Source: Lytechinus pictus
Lineage: Eukaryota
Assembly (NCBI RefSeq): GCF_037042905.1
Contig: NC_087252.1
Coordinates: 14,324,001 to 14,388,000, forward strand
Reading direction: 5' to 3'
DNA: 64,000 nucleotides
A program made the translations under genes and the position numbers. Under the pieces are notes generated by a model. It searched no databases and had not been told where the DNA came from. It was given only the letters and a program-made list of their open reading frames with translations. Below, piece after piece: positions 63,601 to 64,000 of the stretch. Numbering within the stretch: the stretch's first letter is position 1; every line of letters starts with the position of its first letter.

Positions 63601-64000
63601 ATGCCTGGGTAAAAGCATGTAAACCTAATAACGATATGGTTATAGCAGGTGACATTGGAATTGTGTACAAAATAGAATATTAGATACATATGGCATATCA
63701 AATGTTTATTTACCCAAAAAGAATTTTAAAAGCTTTCAAGCAAAAAACAAATTGATATATGGAGAAAGTGTAACCAAGGTAAAAAAAAAATACTTGGCAA
63801 CAATTATTATTAAATGTACACTAAGACTAGATTATTGGTTGACGTGTATGATCTTTTGGGTTCAGTCTTTTCAACAGACATAAGGCCTGCATTAGAATGT
63901 GACCATAATGCTATAATAAAAAAAGATAAAAACATCTCAAGAAAAAAAGAGGTAAAGGTTATTGGAAGATTATTGGTTATTAATAACTCGTTGTTGAAAG

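Overview
AT-rich eukaryotic (metazoan) DNA made almost entirely of nested transposable elements; no conventional host gene could be supported. An echinoid origin is an inference from the TU-like foldback element. Left part: a non-autonomous CCCAG-terminated (CMC/EnSpm-like) element at 2686-21267. It holds two inverted copies of an 8-bp-TSD MITE and a ~15 kb PIF/Harbinger transposon with two convergent spliced genes whose frames are open: a Myb/SANT-like protein (+) and a HARBI1-like DDE transposase (-). A 5'-truncated RNase H-containing LINE follows. Right part: a decayed BEL/Pao retrotransposon split by a Ty3/Gypsy element (itself containing a TU-like foldback, a TIR element and MITEs), a Sola2-like element and an Academ-like element. 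A Gmr1-type Gypsy (PR-INT order, tRNA-Pro PBS) sits in the BEL 3' LTR. Two observations stand out. (1) The 3' regions of both Harbinger genes are degenerate inverted copies of their own coding sequence with a G.U-wobble bias, predicting long fold-back mRNAs. (2) The Gypsy element has 142-bp TA...TA LTRs and, instead of a tRNA PBS, an 11-12 nt sequence complementary to its own LTR, suggesting Tf1-like self-priming. All alignments and splice models were made by eye.
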